Shown: piece after piece, positions 19,723-30,400 of the stretch | How positions within the stretch are numbered: position 1 is the stretch's first letter | Layout of the letters: the number at the start of each line of letters is the position of its first letter | Source of the DNA: Leptolyngbyaceae cyanobacterium | GTDB lineage: Bacteria > Cyanobacteriota > Cyanobacteriia > Phormidesmidales > Phormidesmidaceae | NCBI GenBank assembly: GCA_965263355.1 | Contig: CBDHHL010000032.1 | Span: 2,752,001 to 2,816,000, forward strand | Length of the DNA: 64,000 nucleotides | Direction: 5' to 3' | Notes under the pieces: model-generated | What the model saw: the letters and a program-made list of their open reading frames with translations, nothing else | Databases searched by the model: none | What the model was told of the DNA's origin: nothing | Translations under genes and position numbers: made by a program

Positions 19723-21588
19723 TTAGATAGTGCTCTTTTGTGCGATCGCATCTTGTAATTTCTCGATCACGTCTGACACCGTCAGGGCTCCCAAATCACC
19801 ACTCTGACGAGTACGAACGCCTAAGGTCTGAGAATCCATTTCTCGCTGACCGATCACAGAAATAACCGGAATCTTCTCCAATTCTGCGGTGCGAATTTGC
19901 TTACCCAGACGCTCACCGCTGGTATCTACCTCTACTCGGAAACCTTCTTGTTGCAATGTCTGAGCCACCTGATTGGCATAGTCCCGCTGAGCATCGCTGA
20001 CAGGCAACAGTCGCACCTGCACCGGAGCCAGCCACAGGGGGAAAATCCCCGCATAGTTTTCCACCAGGATGCCGAAGAATCGTTCCAGGGAGCCAAAAAT
20101 GGCCCGGTGAATCATAATCGGACGCTGTCGAGAGCCATCCGCCGCAACGTAGTCCAAATCAAATCGCTCCGGCAGGTTAAAGTCCACCTGTAGTGTGGAA
20201 CACTGCCACAGCCGACCGATGGCATCCTGAATCTTAATATCGATTTTGGGACCGTAGAAAGCACCGCCCCCATCATCAATCACGTAGGCCCAGCCCTTAA
20301 GATCAAGCGCCTTTTGCAACGCCGATGTGGCCAGTTCCCAAATGTCGTCGCTGCCCACAGACTTGGCTGGACGGGTGGACAGATTCACCTCATAGTCGGT
20401 AAAGCCAAAGTCCGACAGAATCTGTTCTGTCAGGTTTAGTACTCCTAAAATCTCCTCTGTCACCTGTTCTGGCAAACAGAAAATGTGAGCATCATCCTGG
20501 GTAAAGCCCCGCACGCGCATCAGCCCATGGAGTACCCCAGATCGCTCATAGCGGTACACTGTACCCAGTTCGGCCCAGCGAATCGGCAACTCTCGGTAAG
20601 AATGGAGCTGATGCTGATAGGTAAGTACGTGGAAGGGACAGTTCATGGGTTTAAGCTGGTACTGCTGCGCTTCCACAGCCATTTGCTCAAACATGTTCTC
20701 CTGGTAAAAGTCGAGGTGCCCGGAAGTCTGCCAGAGGTCGCGATTGGCAATGTGAGGAGTGTAAAGCAGCTCATATCCCCCCTGCAGATGGGCCTGACGC
20801 CAGTAGTCTTCGATCAACAGGCGCATGCGGGCTCCTTTGGGATGCCAGAATACCAGTCCGCCCCCAGCAGCTTCTTGAATGCTAAACAGATTCAAGGTCT
20901 GCCCCAGTTTGCGATGGTCGCGGCGTTTGGCTTCCTCTTTCTGGGTCAGGTAGGCCTTTAACTGTTCTGGCGTTTCCCATGCAGTGCCGTAAATGCGCTG
21001 GAGCTGTGGTTGAGATTCGTCACGCCGCCAGTAGGCTCCGGCCACACTTTCTAAAGCAAAGGCTTTAGGATGCAGTTCGCCAGTGCGGCTCAGATGGGGA
21101 CCTGCGCACAAATCCCACCAGCAATCCGTCTTATCAGAGGGTTTAGCTGATGGCGAGTTGAAAAGCGACGGATCGGCATCGGCTGGCAACGGGTCAGGAC
21201 AGCCGATGTAGTAGCGGGTAATCGGTTCATCGACAGGAATGCCATCGAGAATTTCTAGCTTATAGGGCTCATTCAGTTGCTCAATCTCAGCGCGAATGTC
21301 ATCCCGTTCCACCGTTTCGCGAATGATCGGTAGATTTTGCCCAATGATGCGCCGCATCTTTGATGTGATCTGCTTGAGATCCTCAGGCGTAAATGGGTCA
21401 GCCCGGTCAAAGTCGTAGTAAAACCCCGTATCTATGCAGGGGCCAATGGTGACTTTCGTCTCTGGGAACAGGGTTTGCACCGCCATGGCTAATACATGGG
21501 CACAGGTATGGCGAAGCCGTGCTAGCTGCTCTACATCACCAGCTAATGGGCTGGCTTCGGCCTGCGGACGGGAGACTTGACTGACCAT
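19723..21588 (-). CDS. thrS: Threonyl-tRNA synthetase (probably the zinc-starvation paralogue)
   Basis: RHTCAH, DLCAGPH, RDHRKLG, KPMNCP, RGFTQDDAH and GAFYGPKID motifs; Zur-like box upstream. Confidence 0.95.
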   Translation of the reverse strand: MVSQVSRPQAEASPLAGDVEQLARLRHTCAHVLAMAVQTLFPETKVTIGPCIDTGFYYDFDRADPFTPEDLKQITSKMRRIIGQNLPIIRETVERDDIRAEIEQLNEPYKLEILDGIPVDEPITRYYIGCPDPLPADADPSLFNSPSAKPSDKTDCWWDLCAGPHLSRTGELHPKAFALESVAGAYWRRDESQPQLQRIYGTAWETPEQLKAYLTQKEEAKRRDHRKLGQTLNLFSIQEAAGGGLVFWHPKGARMRLLIEDYWRQAHLQGGYELLYTPHIANRDLWQTSGHLDFYQENMFEQMAVEAQQYQLKPMNCPFHVLTYQHQLHSYRELPIRWAELGTVYRYERSGVLHGLMRVRGFTQDDAHIFCLPEQVTEEILGVLNLTEQILSDFGFTDYEVNLSTRPAKSVGSDDIWELATSALQKALDLKGWAYVIDDGGGAFYGPKIDIKIQDAIGRLWQCSTLQVDFNLPERFDLDYVAADGSRQRPIMIHRAIFGSLERFFGILVENYAGIFPLWLAPVQVRLLPVSDAQRDYANQVAQTLQQEGFRVEVDTSGERLGKQIRTAELEKIPVISVIGQREMDSQTLGVRTRQSGDLGALTVSDVIEKLQDAIAQKSTI

Positions 21589-21602
21589 GAAAAATCAAAA
21601 CT

Positions 21603-21621
21603 AGAATGATTATCATTCTCA
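21603..21621 (-). promoter_or_regulatory. Putative Zur (Fur-family) box
   Basis: Palindrome AGAATGATTATCATTCT; minus strand reads TGAGAATGATAATCA vs consensus TGATAATNATTATCA; ~15 bp from the thrS start. Confidence 0.7.
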
Positions 21622-21753
21622 ATCTATCACAGCGATTAAGCATTGACTGCTTTCGCAATGGGTCTGGTTTCTCACCTTTCACCTACGGCTAGAGCAGTTT
21701 CCCATCCAGGGGATTCTCTGGTTTCGAAATCGATTTGAAATAGTCATCCCCAG

Positions 21754-21881
21754 GGCGAAAGCACACCTCATCGGATTTCTAGATAGAATTCCCCGTGATG
21801 AGAATGGGGAGGTGGCTGGCGAAAGCACACCTCATCGGATTTCTAGATAGAATTCCCCGTGATGAGAATGGGGAGGTGGCT
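21754..21881 (+). repeat. Exact 64-bp tandem duplication
   Basis: GGCGAAAGCACACC...GAGGTGGCT at 21754-21817 and 21818-21881. Confidence 0.95.
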
Positions 21882-22046
21882 AACGTGTTTCCTGCTGCGC
21901 CAGATTGGACAATTGAAATTTTGTCTCTGGATCAAAGTCAAACAAAGGTAACGAAGAATAGTTTGCACTGTCTGCGGCATTGGACTGCAGTGGGTTGGTT
22001 AATTGATTCAGGTGCGCAAACAGTGTTTGTTTATCGTTCTAAGTAG
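21845..22046 (+). pseudogene. Uma2-family endonuclease fragment
   Basis: RIPRDENGEVANVF..APDWTIEILS...GWLID; truncated at both ends. Confidence 0.8.
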
Positions 22047-22201
22047 GTAGGCAAAATAACTTAAACAAGAACTTTTCAAGGATGACACTTTTGAAAAGGC
22101 CCCCAACCCCCAATTCTGGGGGCTTCGGAACTCTAAATCCCCCAATTCTGGGGGATTTAGGGGGCTTCCAGGATTTTGAAATAATTGTGCTCATCTACTT
22201 A
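22040..22201. mobile_element. MITE-like element with internal CCCCCAATTCTGGGGG palindromes
   Basis: TAAGTAGGTAGGCAAAATAA ... ATAATTGTGCTCATCTACTTA terminal IRs with TA ends; two internal GC hairpins. Confidence 0.65.
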
Positions 22202-22706
22202 GCGTTGATCGGGGAGTGATTGTCTAGGATAAATGAGGAAGACAATCATACGACCACGTCGTTCCCAGTGTTTGCGATTGATCGGCATGCTGCGGATAGC
22301 CTCAGCTTCTGATTCTAAGAGGAACTGAATTTCACCGGCTTCGGGTTCGAGGATACAATCGATAGCCTTAAAAGAGCGATTAATGCCAGCGGCCTGCTCG
22401 GCGGCAAATTTAGTTAATCCTTGGGCGCAGACAATTTTACCGCGATGTTCTAGGCAAGCACGTTGCCAAGTGCCTGAGTATTTTTGGCCTTGAGCTATTG
22501 GTACCAAAACAGGTGGTTTGGAAAAACTTGGGTTTCTGGGAATTGCCATGATTGAAGCCGAGGAAGACGGTCATAACTCAGAATTGGCCAATGATATCTT
22601 GGGCGATGAGAACATTTTTCTCATGTCTCATAAACTCTCGCCAGACAGCATTATCCTGACAAGGAACAGGCACTTGATTTTCTAGAATGTATCGTTGAGC
22701 CTGCAT
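22199..22706 (-). pseudogene. Hypothetical gene broken by an in-frame TGA and a frameshift
   Basis: YILENQVPVPC...GQF*VMTVFLGFNH...FQTTCFG, then shifts into the KYSGTWQRACLEH frame. Confidence 0.55.
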
Positions 22707-22755
22707 GAGATCTACGATAAATAGCTTTGGAGATGACTTGGAGATTCTGTAAGCA

Positions 22756-22777
22756 GTGCGTTCGCAACGCACCCTAC
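22756..22777 (-). repeat. GTAG-type REP-like hairpin (similar copies at 23787-23810 and 38861-38891)
   Basis: GTAGGGTGCGTT-loop-AACGCAC on the minus strand. Confidence 0.6.
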
Positions 22778-22811
22778 CCTAGCTTGCTTATAAGTAGGGT
22801 ACATTTCTAGA

Positions 22812-23761
22812 AGTAATCATCCTGATTCTCCTCAACTTCCTCTGATTACTGAAGAAGCCTCAGGTATTATTCCTGAATCTGACAGAATTCCTAACGGACT
22901 TTATGTTGGTTATGATTCTATCCAACAAACTTGGCAGACAATTTGGCATAACCCTAGCTCGACTAGATTAGATGTCTTCTTAGAAACTGCTACCACATTA
23001 GGAGAATTAACACCCATTGGCTTTACACCCCCTGATCTTTCCACAGTTAATGGTGTTTCACCTACTTTACTAACTTACGATCAGGACTTAGAAAATATAT
23101 TGATTCAACTCAAATCGAAGGAATTGAAGAGTCCCTGCCTGTCCAGTCAGTTATTGCCGGTGACTTTGATAATGATATGGATCTAGATCTTTATCTGATC
23201 TCTACCTTTGATCATTCGGCGCTAAAGGCTGTCTTATTGGAAAATCAGGGGGATGGTACTTTTATATCCGTAGCTGATGCAGCAGGTGCTCAAATCACGG
23301 CTTCCGGCCCCTGTGTTACGTTTGACCGGATGGGCTTGCAAGGTGCCAGTGCTGACTATGATTTAGATGGAGATATTGATATCTTTATTGGTAATTCTGG
23401 TTTAGTCAGCATGGACGAAACCTACCTGGGGACACCTTATTATCTGTTTCAAAATCAGGGTAATAGCTATCACTGGCTTGAACTTGATCTACAAGGGGTT
23501 GAATCTACGAGAAATCCTATTGGAGCGAAGGTTTTCATTACCGCAGGCGGTAAGACGCAAGTTCAAGAACAATCCAGTGGTCAACATTATTATGGGCAAA
23601 ATTTCTCAAGATTACATTTTGGCTTAAAAGATAATAATGTTATAGATTCTTTGAGGATTGAATGGCCCGCAGGCAGCGTTCAAAATTTTTATGATATTGA
23701 GGCTAATCAAATCCTCAAGGTAGTCGAACTTGAGGAAGAATATCAAATTATTCAAAACTAA
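22812..23761 (+). pseudogene. C-terminal fragment of an FG-GAP/ASPIC-UnbV (CRTAC1-like) protein
   Basis: GDFDNDMDLDL, ADYDLDGDIDIF and RLHFGL...IEWP motifs; frameshift near 23095; no start. Confidence 0.8.
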
Positions 23762-23806
23762 AAAATCTTGCCAGCAGTTCTTGATCGGTGCGTTAATAAC
23801 AGCACC

Positions 23807-24631
23807 CTACGAGGGGCGGGGATTGCGGGCAATGATGCTGTCAAAGTAGCGATTTAATAATGGTGCAATGACGCTATGCAATCGGGTTAAGACACTGATT
23901 TCAGTACCGGGTGACAATTCAAATTTACCCTGCTCAATGCCTTCCAAAATTACCTTGGCCACATCATCGGCTGTCCATAGCTTGGCGGTGGCGTTAATCT
24001 CTTTTGTGGCGGGTGGTTTTGTTTTATTCTCTTCTTCTAGCTGGGGGGTATCCGTATCCGGTGGATAGGAAATAGAGACTTTAATACCGACGGGCTTGAG
24101 TTCAGCTCGTAGCGTTTCTGCCAGACCACGTACGGCAAACTTGCTGGGACCATAGGCGCTGTAGCCATAGATGCCGACGAGCGCGGCACCAGACGAGATC
24201 AGATGAATATTGCCTACCTGTTGTTGTTCCATAGCGGGTAGGGCAGCCTGAATGCAATAGAGGGTACCAAAGTAATTCACCCGCATGGTTTCTTCAAAAA
24301 TTTCTGGGGGCAGTTCCTGGAAATAACCTGGAATGGCGATGCCTGCCGAGGTAATTAGCCAGTGGGGGGGACCGAGGGATGCGATCGCATCCCCAACCGC
24401 ACCCATTGCTTGCTCTCGTTCTCCCACATCCGCCACAAGCGTCAGCACCTGCTGGTCAGGATGAGAGCGAACCTGCTCAATCTCCGTTTTAGCCAATTGC
24501 AACCGTTCCTGACCACGGGCAATGAGCGACACATTCGCCCCCTGGCGTGCCAACCTGAGGGCAATGGCCTTACCAATACCGCTCGAACCGCCTGTGATAA
24601 TCGCATGGGGAATAGTAGTATCTTGATGCAT
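23807..24631 (-). CDS. SDR oxidoreductase, 3-ketodihydrosphingosine reductase (KDSR)-like
   Basis: TGGSSGIG, YGPSK and PPDTDTPQLEEENKTKP motifs. Confidence 0.8.
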   Translation of the reverse strand: MHQDTTIPHAIITGGSSGIGKAIALRLARQGANVSLIARGQERLQLAKTEIEQVRSHPDQQVLTLVADVGEREQAMGAVGDAIASLGPPHWLITSAGIAIPGYFQELPPEIFEETMRVNYFGTLYCIQAALPAMEQQQVGNIHLISSGAALVGIYGYSAYGPSKFAVRGLAETLRAELKPVGIKVSISYPPDTDTPQLEEENKTKPPATKEINATAKLWTADDVAKVILEGIEQGKFELSPGTEISVLTRLHSVIAPLLNRYFDSIIARNPRPS

Positions 24632-24678
24632 TGCCCTTTCATATCTTACAAACGTCAGAGAGTATAACGCTTACTCTC

Positions 24679-24709
24679 AAAATTCTTCTCCCTGAGGGAG
24701 AAGAATTTT
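24679..24709. terminator. Strong hairpin between the SRPBCC and SDR genes
   Basis: AAAATTCTTCTCCCT-G-AGGGAGAAGAATTTT. Confidence 0.5.
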
Positions 24710-24723
24710 AGATGAGGGATCCT

Positions 24724-25389
24724 TTATCTACCTGCCCGCCGTTCAGCTTCTGCTTTAGTAGCACTGAGGGAGTTGGTCAAAATATTGCGATAGGTGTTAA
24801 AAAATATCCCTCGGGTTGAGCTTTGACCAGGGTCAACATACACCTGATGGGTTAGCAACACATGCTCTCGCCCTGCATAATATACCGAATCAAAATACCA
24901 AACACCCTGGAGTGCTTGGAGATCACCCTCCACTAAGGCAAAGTCAATTTGCTGTGGATAACTTTCCAGCGATTCGATCACAATGCGGCTGCGGTTGGTA
25001 ACCAGCGGCAATACCTGTACAACATTGACCTGTTCAAACACATTACGATTACCCGCACTTTCCAACCAACGACTGTTTTCAATATTGGGTAAAAACTGCT
25101 CAAAATTGTCATAGTCGGTCAACACCTGCCAGGTTTCAGCCATAGATGCATCGATCAATACTCGACCAGTAAACTGACCATTGGCTCCCGACATCATCAC
25201 TTGACCATTTTTAAGCGCCGTACGTTCTTGACTGGGCAACGAATTAAGCACATTTTTAGCCTCTGGACTGGGTAGCGCTAGGGCTGTGCCAAAGGGCAAG
25301 ATTAACAACGCAGCCAGGGCTACTTTTTTGCCCCAGGACTGAGCATATTTGGAAAAATAATAGGAAAACATAAGCGTTATTAACCTCAT
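24724..25389 (-). CDS. SRPBCC/polyketide cyclase-dehydrase (START fold) protein with N-terminal hydrophobic segment
   Basis: WQVLTDYDNFEQFLPNI and F.LVEGDL..LQGVW motifs. Confidence 0.8.
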   Translation of the reverse strand: MRLITLMFSYYFSKYAQSWGKKVALAALLILPFGTALALPSPEAKNVLNSLPSQERTALKNGQVMMSGANGQFTGRVLIDASMAETWQVLTDYDNFEQFLPNIENSRWLESAGNRNVFEQVNVVQVLPLVTNRSRIVIESLESYPQQIDFALVEGDLQALQGVWYFDSVYYAGREHVLLTHQVYVDPGQSSTRGIFFNTYRNILTNSLSATKAEAERRAGR

Positions 25390-25469
25390 ACTAATTTCTA
25401 TTAGTATTTATATTTCTGAACGACTATAGGTTGAACGTCAATAGTCGATGGGCGTCGATGGGCTCAACT

Positions 25470-27332
25470 CTATGGCTTGAGTCCGTAATATTCCCGCTGA
25501 AAGGGATACATTGGCAACACCTGTTTGCGATGGGCATTAGCAGCATAGATTGATTGCCAGTCAACTGTTTCACCCTGAATATATTGTTGTGCCTGAGATC
25601 TTAGCGAGTCAGACACTGTATCGTTTTTTACCTCTGAATTGGTATCTGAGACGCCATGACTTTGCCAGTAGTTGGGATGGGGACGGCCCGCTAAAAAAGC
25701 GATCAAAATTTGCCGCAGTTCAGTAATGGAATTAGCCACAATCGCCAACCGATGGGCAAAATGGTTTCGTCCAATGCTGGCAGTAAAACACACATCGGCT
25801 AAGGCCAGGGTAGGGTGGGCGGCCAGGTGCTGCGCATAGCGGGCAGCCAGCTGATTGAGGGTCGGTCCTGTGCGGGCAGATAGGGGCAACAGGGCGGGTT
25901 CAGAATTTGAGGGACTGGGAGCCTGATGAGGCATAGACGGTGGTTCCTGCACAATCACATGGGCATTGGTACCGTTAAAGCCAAAGGCACTGATACCGGC
26001 AATGCGGGGGCTTTCGAGCCAGGGCATCGCTGCTGTCGGTAATGTGAAGGGTAGGTTTTGCCAGTCGATATGTGGGTTCGGGCTATTGAGGTGTAAATTA
26101 GCCGGAATTTGCTGGTGTTCCAGGGCTAAAACTGCCTTGATCAACCCAGCAATGCCTGCGGCGGCTTCGCCATGGCCAATATTGGTTTTGACCGCTCCTA
26201 ACACCAGCGGTTGCTGTCGCGGTTCGGGGTTGTTGCCAAAGATATCTCCAAGGGCTCCCACTTCGATGGGATCGCCCAATGCAGTACCTGTGCCATGGGT
26301 TTCCACATAGCTAATCTGATCAGCCGTAATCCGACTTGCTTTGAGAGCCTGACGAATGACGGCCTGCTGGGCGGTTTTGCTGGGAGCCGTCAATCCGTTG
26401 GTGCGACCATTGTGGTTGGTGGCCGACCCCAGGATGATGGCGTGGATGCGATCGCACCCCAATTCCGCATCACTCAGTCGCTTGAGCACGACCATGCCGC
26501 CCCCTTCAGCCCGGCCAAACCCAGTCGCCGCTGCGTCAAACGTACGGCAACGACCATCGGCAGACAGCATCTGCGCCTTAGAGAAATTGATGCTGGCAGC
26601 TGGGGTAATAATGCGATTCACCCCTCCGACTAAAGCCATATCACATTCCCGCTGCCGTAGGCTTTGGCAGGCTAAATGTACAGCCACTAGAGAAGATGAA
26701 CAGGCCGTATCCACCGCCATACTTGGGCCGGTCAACCCCAACAAAAACGATAGCCGCCCTGCGGCCACACTGTGGGTATTCCCCGTGGCCAGGTAGGCAT
26801 CAATAGTGTCAGGAGAGCGAGCTAACATCTGTTGCCAGTGGTCAATACTACTCAGCCCTAGAAACACACCCACCTGCTGGTCAGCCAGCGCCTCAGGCGC
26901 AATCCCCCCCTGTTCTAACGCTTCCCATCCCAGTTCTAACGCCAGCCGCTGTTGCGGATCAAGGGTAAGGGCTTCACGGGGTGCGACCCGAAAAAACGAA
27001 GCGTCAAAGTCGTAAAGATGAGGCACAAATCCACCATAACGAGACACCATTTTTCCAGGTGTTTCTGCCTCGGCATCATAGTAAGCGTCAATCGACCAGC
27101 GGTCATCCGGCACCTCAGAAATTGCATCAGTTTTACCTTGTAACAATTTCCAAAACGTTTCCGGTGTATTGACTCCCCCCGGCAGCCGACAACTCATACC
27201 CACAATGGCAATGGGCTCAAATTTTTCCCGTTCCATATCGGCGATCTGGGCCTGCAGCCGTTCGATCACCCGCAAGGCTCGCTTAGTGGCCGACAATTTA
27301 GCATCAGCATTAGAGACATTAGGGTTAGTCAT
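25470..27332 (-). CDS. Stand-alone ketosynthase (docking-KS-linker, no AT or ACP)
   Basis: EPIAIVG, DTACSSSL, HGTGT and KTNIGH intact; goes straight to LPMYPFQR without a GHSxG. Confidence 0.9.
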   Translation of the reverse strand: MTNPNVSNADAKLSATKRALRVIERLQAQIADMEREKFEPIAIVGMSCRLPGGVNTPETFWKLLQGKTDAISEVPDDRWSIDAYYDAEAETPGKMVSRYGGFVPHLYDFDASFFRVAPREALTLDPQQRLALELGWEALEQGGIAPEALADQQVGVFLGLSSIDHWQQMLARSPDTIDAYLATGNTHSVAAGRLSFLLGLTGPSMAVDTACSSSLVAVHLACQSLRQRECDMALVGGVNRIITPAASINFSKAQMLSADGRCRTFDAAATGFGRAEGGGMVVLKRLSDAELGCDRIHAIILGSATNHNGRTNGLTAPSKTAQQAVIRQALKASRITADQISYVETHGTGTALGDPIEVGALGDIFGNNPEPRQQPLVLGAVKTNIGHGEAAAGIAGLIKAVLALEHQQIPANLHLNSPNPHIDWQNLPFTLPTAAMPWLESPRIAGISAFGFNGTNAHVIVQEPPSMPHQAPSPSNSEPALLPLSARTGPTLNQLAARYAQHLAAHPTLALADVCFTASIGRNHFAHRLAIVANSITELRQILIAFLAGRPHPNYWQSHGVSDTNSEVKNDTVSDSLRSQAQQYIQGETVDWQSIYAANAHRKQVLPMYPFQREYYGLKP

Positions 27333-27402
27333 AAGTCTGCGCTGTTGATGGGGCTATATTCTCCAATCCCTTTAATCTCCAGATGATATCTCTTCATCTC
27401 CC

Positions 27403-30400
27403 TCACCCCTCCAATTGCTCTAGCTTTTCTAATAACAAAGCTTCAGCTTCAGCTTCTGAGATTGCCTCCCAGTCTTGAGGTAGAGAATCCATTGATTGAG
27501 AAGAGTCTGTTAATTCCCTAGTCCTCTCATTTTCAGCAGAGTCTTTATCATAAACCAACATCTGCATTAGATAATCTTGCAACTTACCCAGCGTAGGATA
27601 GTCATAAATTAACGTCACAGGCAAGGGACAGTTCAGCCCCGTTTGCAATCGATTACGTAACTCTACAGCCGTCAAAGAATCTAAACCAAGTTCAGTAAAA
27701 CTGGCACTGACATCCTGCAATGAGTTGCTATCCAGCCCCAGAATAATAGAGACTTGCGCACGTAGATAGCGAGATAACAGAATAAGTCTCTCATTGGCTG
27801 CTGCTGCCTGAATTTGCCTTTGAATGCTGATAGACGAAGGGGAAATGCTTGAGGCTGTCACCACGTCTGGGTCGATGCCTGTCCACTGTTTTAGCGTTCC
27901 AGGTAACACGGCTATTTGAGGTGTGTTTTGGGCATTAGGAGAGGTGATAATTTGTCGTAAAACTTTGAGACCTACATCTGGGGCGATCATCGGTATGCCA
28001 GACCGATTTAACTTTTGTTGGACGGTAGCATTCACAGCTAACCCACTACCGGACCAGGCCCCCCAGTTGATGCTAATGGCAGGCAGATTTAGCTGGTGAC
28101 GGAACTGTGCGATCGCATCCAAAAATCCATTGGCAGCGGCATAATTGGCCTGTCCCGCCGATCCGACCAAAGACGCTGCTGACGAAAACATCACAAAATG
28201 GTCTAAGGCCAACTCATGAGTTAATTCATGTAAATGCCAGGTGCCATCGACCTTAGCAGCCATTACACGCTCAAAATCAGCCCAGGTTTGTTGTTGTAGG
28301 GTGGCATCCTGAATGCATCCTGCCAGGTGAAACACCCCCTTGAGGGGGACATCAGCAGAGGGTTGCAACATCGACTGCAGAGCGATAGTTAAGCTGGATA
28401 AATCAGCCACATCAACTGGAATAGTGTTGACCTTAACGCCCGCTTTGGATAGCGCTGTTATCACCTGTTGAGCCTCGTCGGATGGGGAATGTCGCCCTAA
28501 CAATGTCAGATGTTGTGCGCCCTGATTAGCTAATTCCTGGACTACCTGCAGACCCAAAGCCCCTAGTCCTCCAGTCATTAAATAGGTGGCATCCGGTCGA
28601 ATACCTGATACCTGTTTAGACCCAGGGGCAGTCACCACAACTTTGCCTATATGTTTAGCCTGCTGCATAAAGCGAAATGCATCGATGGCTTTCTGAGGGT
28701 CAAACGCTTTGACCGGCAGAGAATGGAGAACTTTTTGCTGCAGCCAGTCAGTCAGCGTCTGCAGCATGGTCTGAATTAGCTGCGGCTGTTTAACGGTGAT
28801 ATCTACCAAATCAATGATCTGATAATCCACATCAGGGCGCTGTTGGGACATCTGTTCTAGAGACCAAATGCCAGCTTTACCAATTTCTAAAAAACGTCCG
28901 CCTGCAGTTAACACCGCTAGACTGCTAGGAATCATATCGCCGGAGAGAGAATTCAGCACCAGATTGACCCCTTCTCCCTGGGTTTGTTGTAAAATCTCAT
29001 CGGCAAACGCTAGGGTGCGAGAATTAAAAATATGCTGAATCCCCTGGCGACGGAGAAAGCCCCATTTACCAGGGGAGGCGGTGGCAAAAATCTCTGCGCC
29101 CAGGTGTTGGGCAATTTGTACAGCGGCTTGCCCGACACCGCCTGCTGCTGAGTGGATCAGTACCCGTTGAACTGTGTCGCTTTGCTGCAGCTGCCCCATC
29201 TGGCAAAGGGCGTAATAGGCGGTGAGAAATGCGGTTGGAATCGTGGCCGCCTCTACTGCACTGAGATGGTCGGGTTTAAGGCTAACTAAATTAGCCGATA
29301 CGGTGACAAACTGACTAAAACTGGCTGGCGCGATCGCAATCACCCCATCACCCAGCTGCAATGTTGTCACCCCCTCGCCCACAGCCACAATCTCGCCCAC
29401 ACATTCCAGACCTAACGCGCCTGCATCCCCTGGATACATGTTCAGAGCATTGAGCACATCACGGAAATTTAACCCCGTTGCCTGTATCTGAATCTCTACC
29501 TCACCCGCCTGAGGTTGTTGTCGGTGGATCGTTTGCCACTGCAGCTGTTCTAACGAGCCCCGGTTCTGAATCGTCAGGGTAAGATTGTCGCCCAATCTCT
29601 CTTTGACCAAGTGAGCACCATAGCGAACGCCTTGGCGATAGGCAATGTGTGATTCGCTGGTCTGGCCGGTCTGAACTTTCTTCTGAGAAAGACGCTGCTG
29701 GAGAGTGAGTTCAGCTATTAAATCATCGAGTCTTGTCTGACTATCGCCATCGAGATCGACACAGACGCAGCCCCATTCAGGATGTTCTAAAGCAATGGTT
29801 TTGGCCATACTCCACAGGGGAGCCTGGGCAATGTCTAGAGATTCACAGTCTAGAACGGATTGAGTGGCACAGGTGACGATCCAGAGGTTGGGGGGTCTAG
29901 TGTGGGTAACTGGAGAATTAGCCAATGCCTGCGCTAGATGTAGTGCTCTCTGACATGTTTTTTGAATGGTGTCCTTAAGGCTCGCCCGATCTGCAGGTAG
30001 TTTATGGCATGTGCCAGGGACACTCACCAGGGGACTCGCGGCATAAATGACACCTTGCCAGCCGCTGGGTTCTGGGGGCGTATCCAATAATTGGGTCAAT
30101 GCCTGAGCCTCTGACCGTAATGTTTTGACGCAGATCTGGTGTTGAGTTGTGAGCCGATCTGCGATCGCATCTAAACTCGCCCCATCATGCCCCACAATCA
30201 GCCAAGCTCCCGAGGAACTTAGGGAAGATGTCTCCTGTACCGGTGGTAGGGGCTGCCAGGTCGGCTGATACAACCAATTCCGCCATGATTCAGTGGGCGG
30301 AGTGTAGCGTTTTGCGGCCAGCCCTGAGACTAAAGCGATCAGCTGCCCGGTAGAGTCAAAGATGCGGACATCTGCGATCGCAACCGTGTTCTCTCTATCC

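Noticed and set aside
22578..22580. In-frame TGA as selenocysteine or programmed readthrough
   Set aside because: The same gene also has a frameshift and no SECIS-like hairpin is evident; decay is simpler
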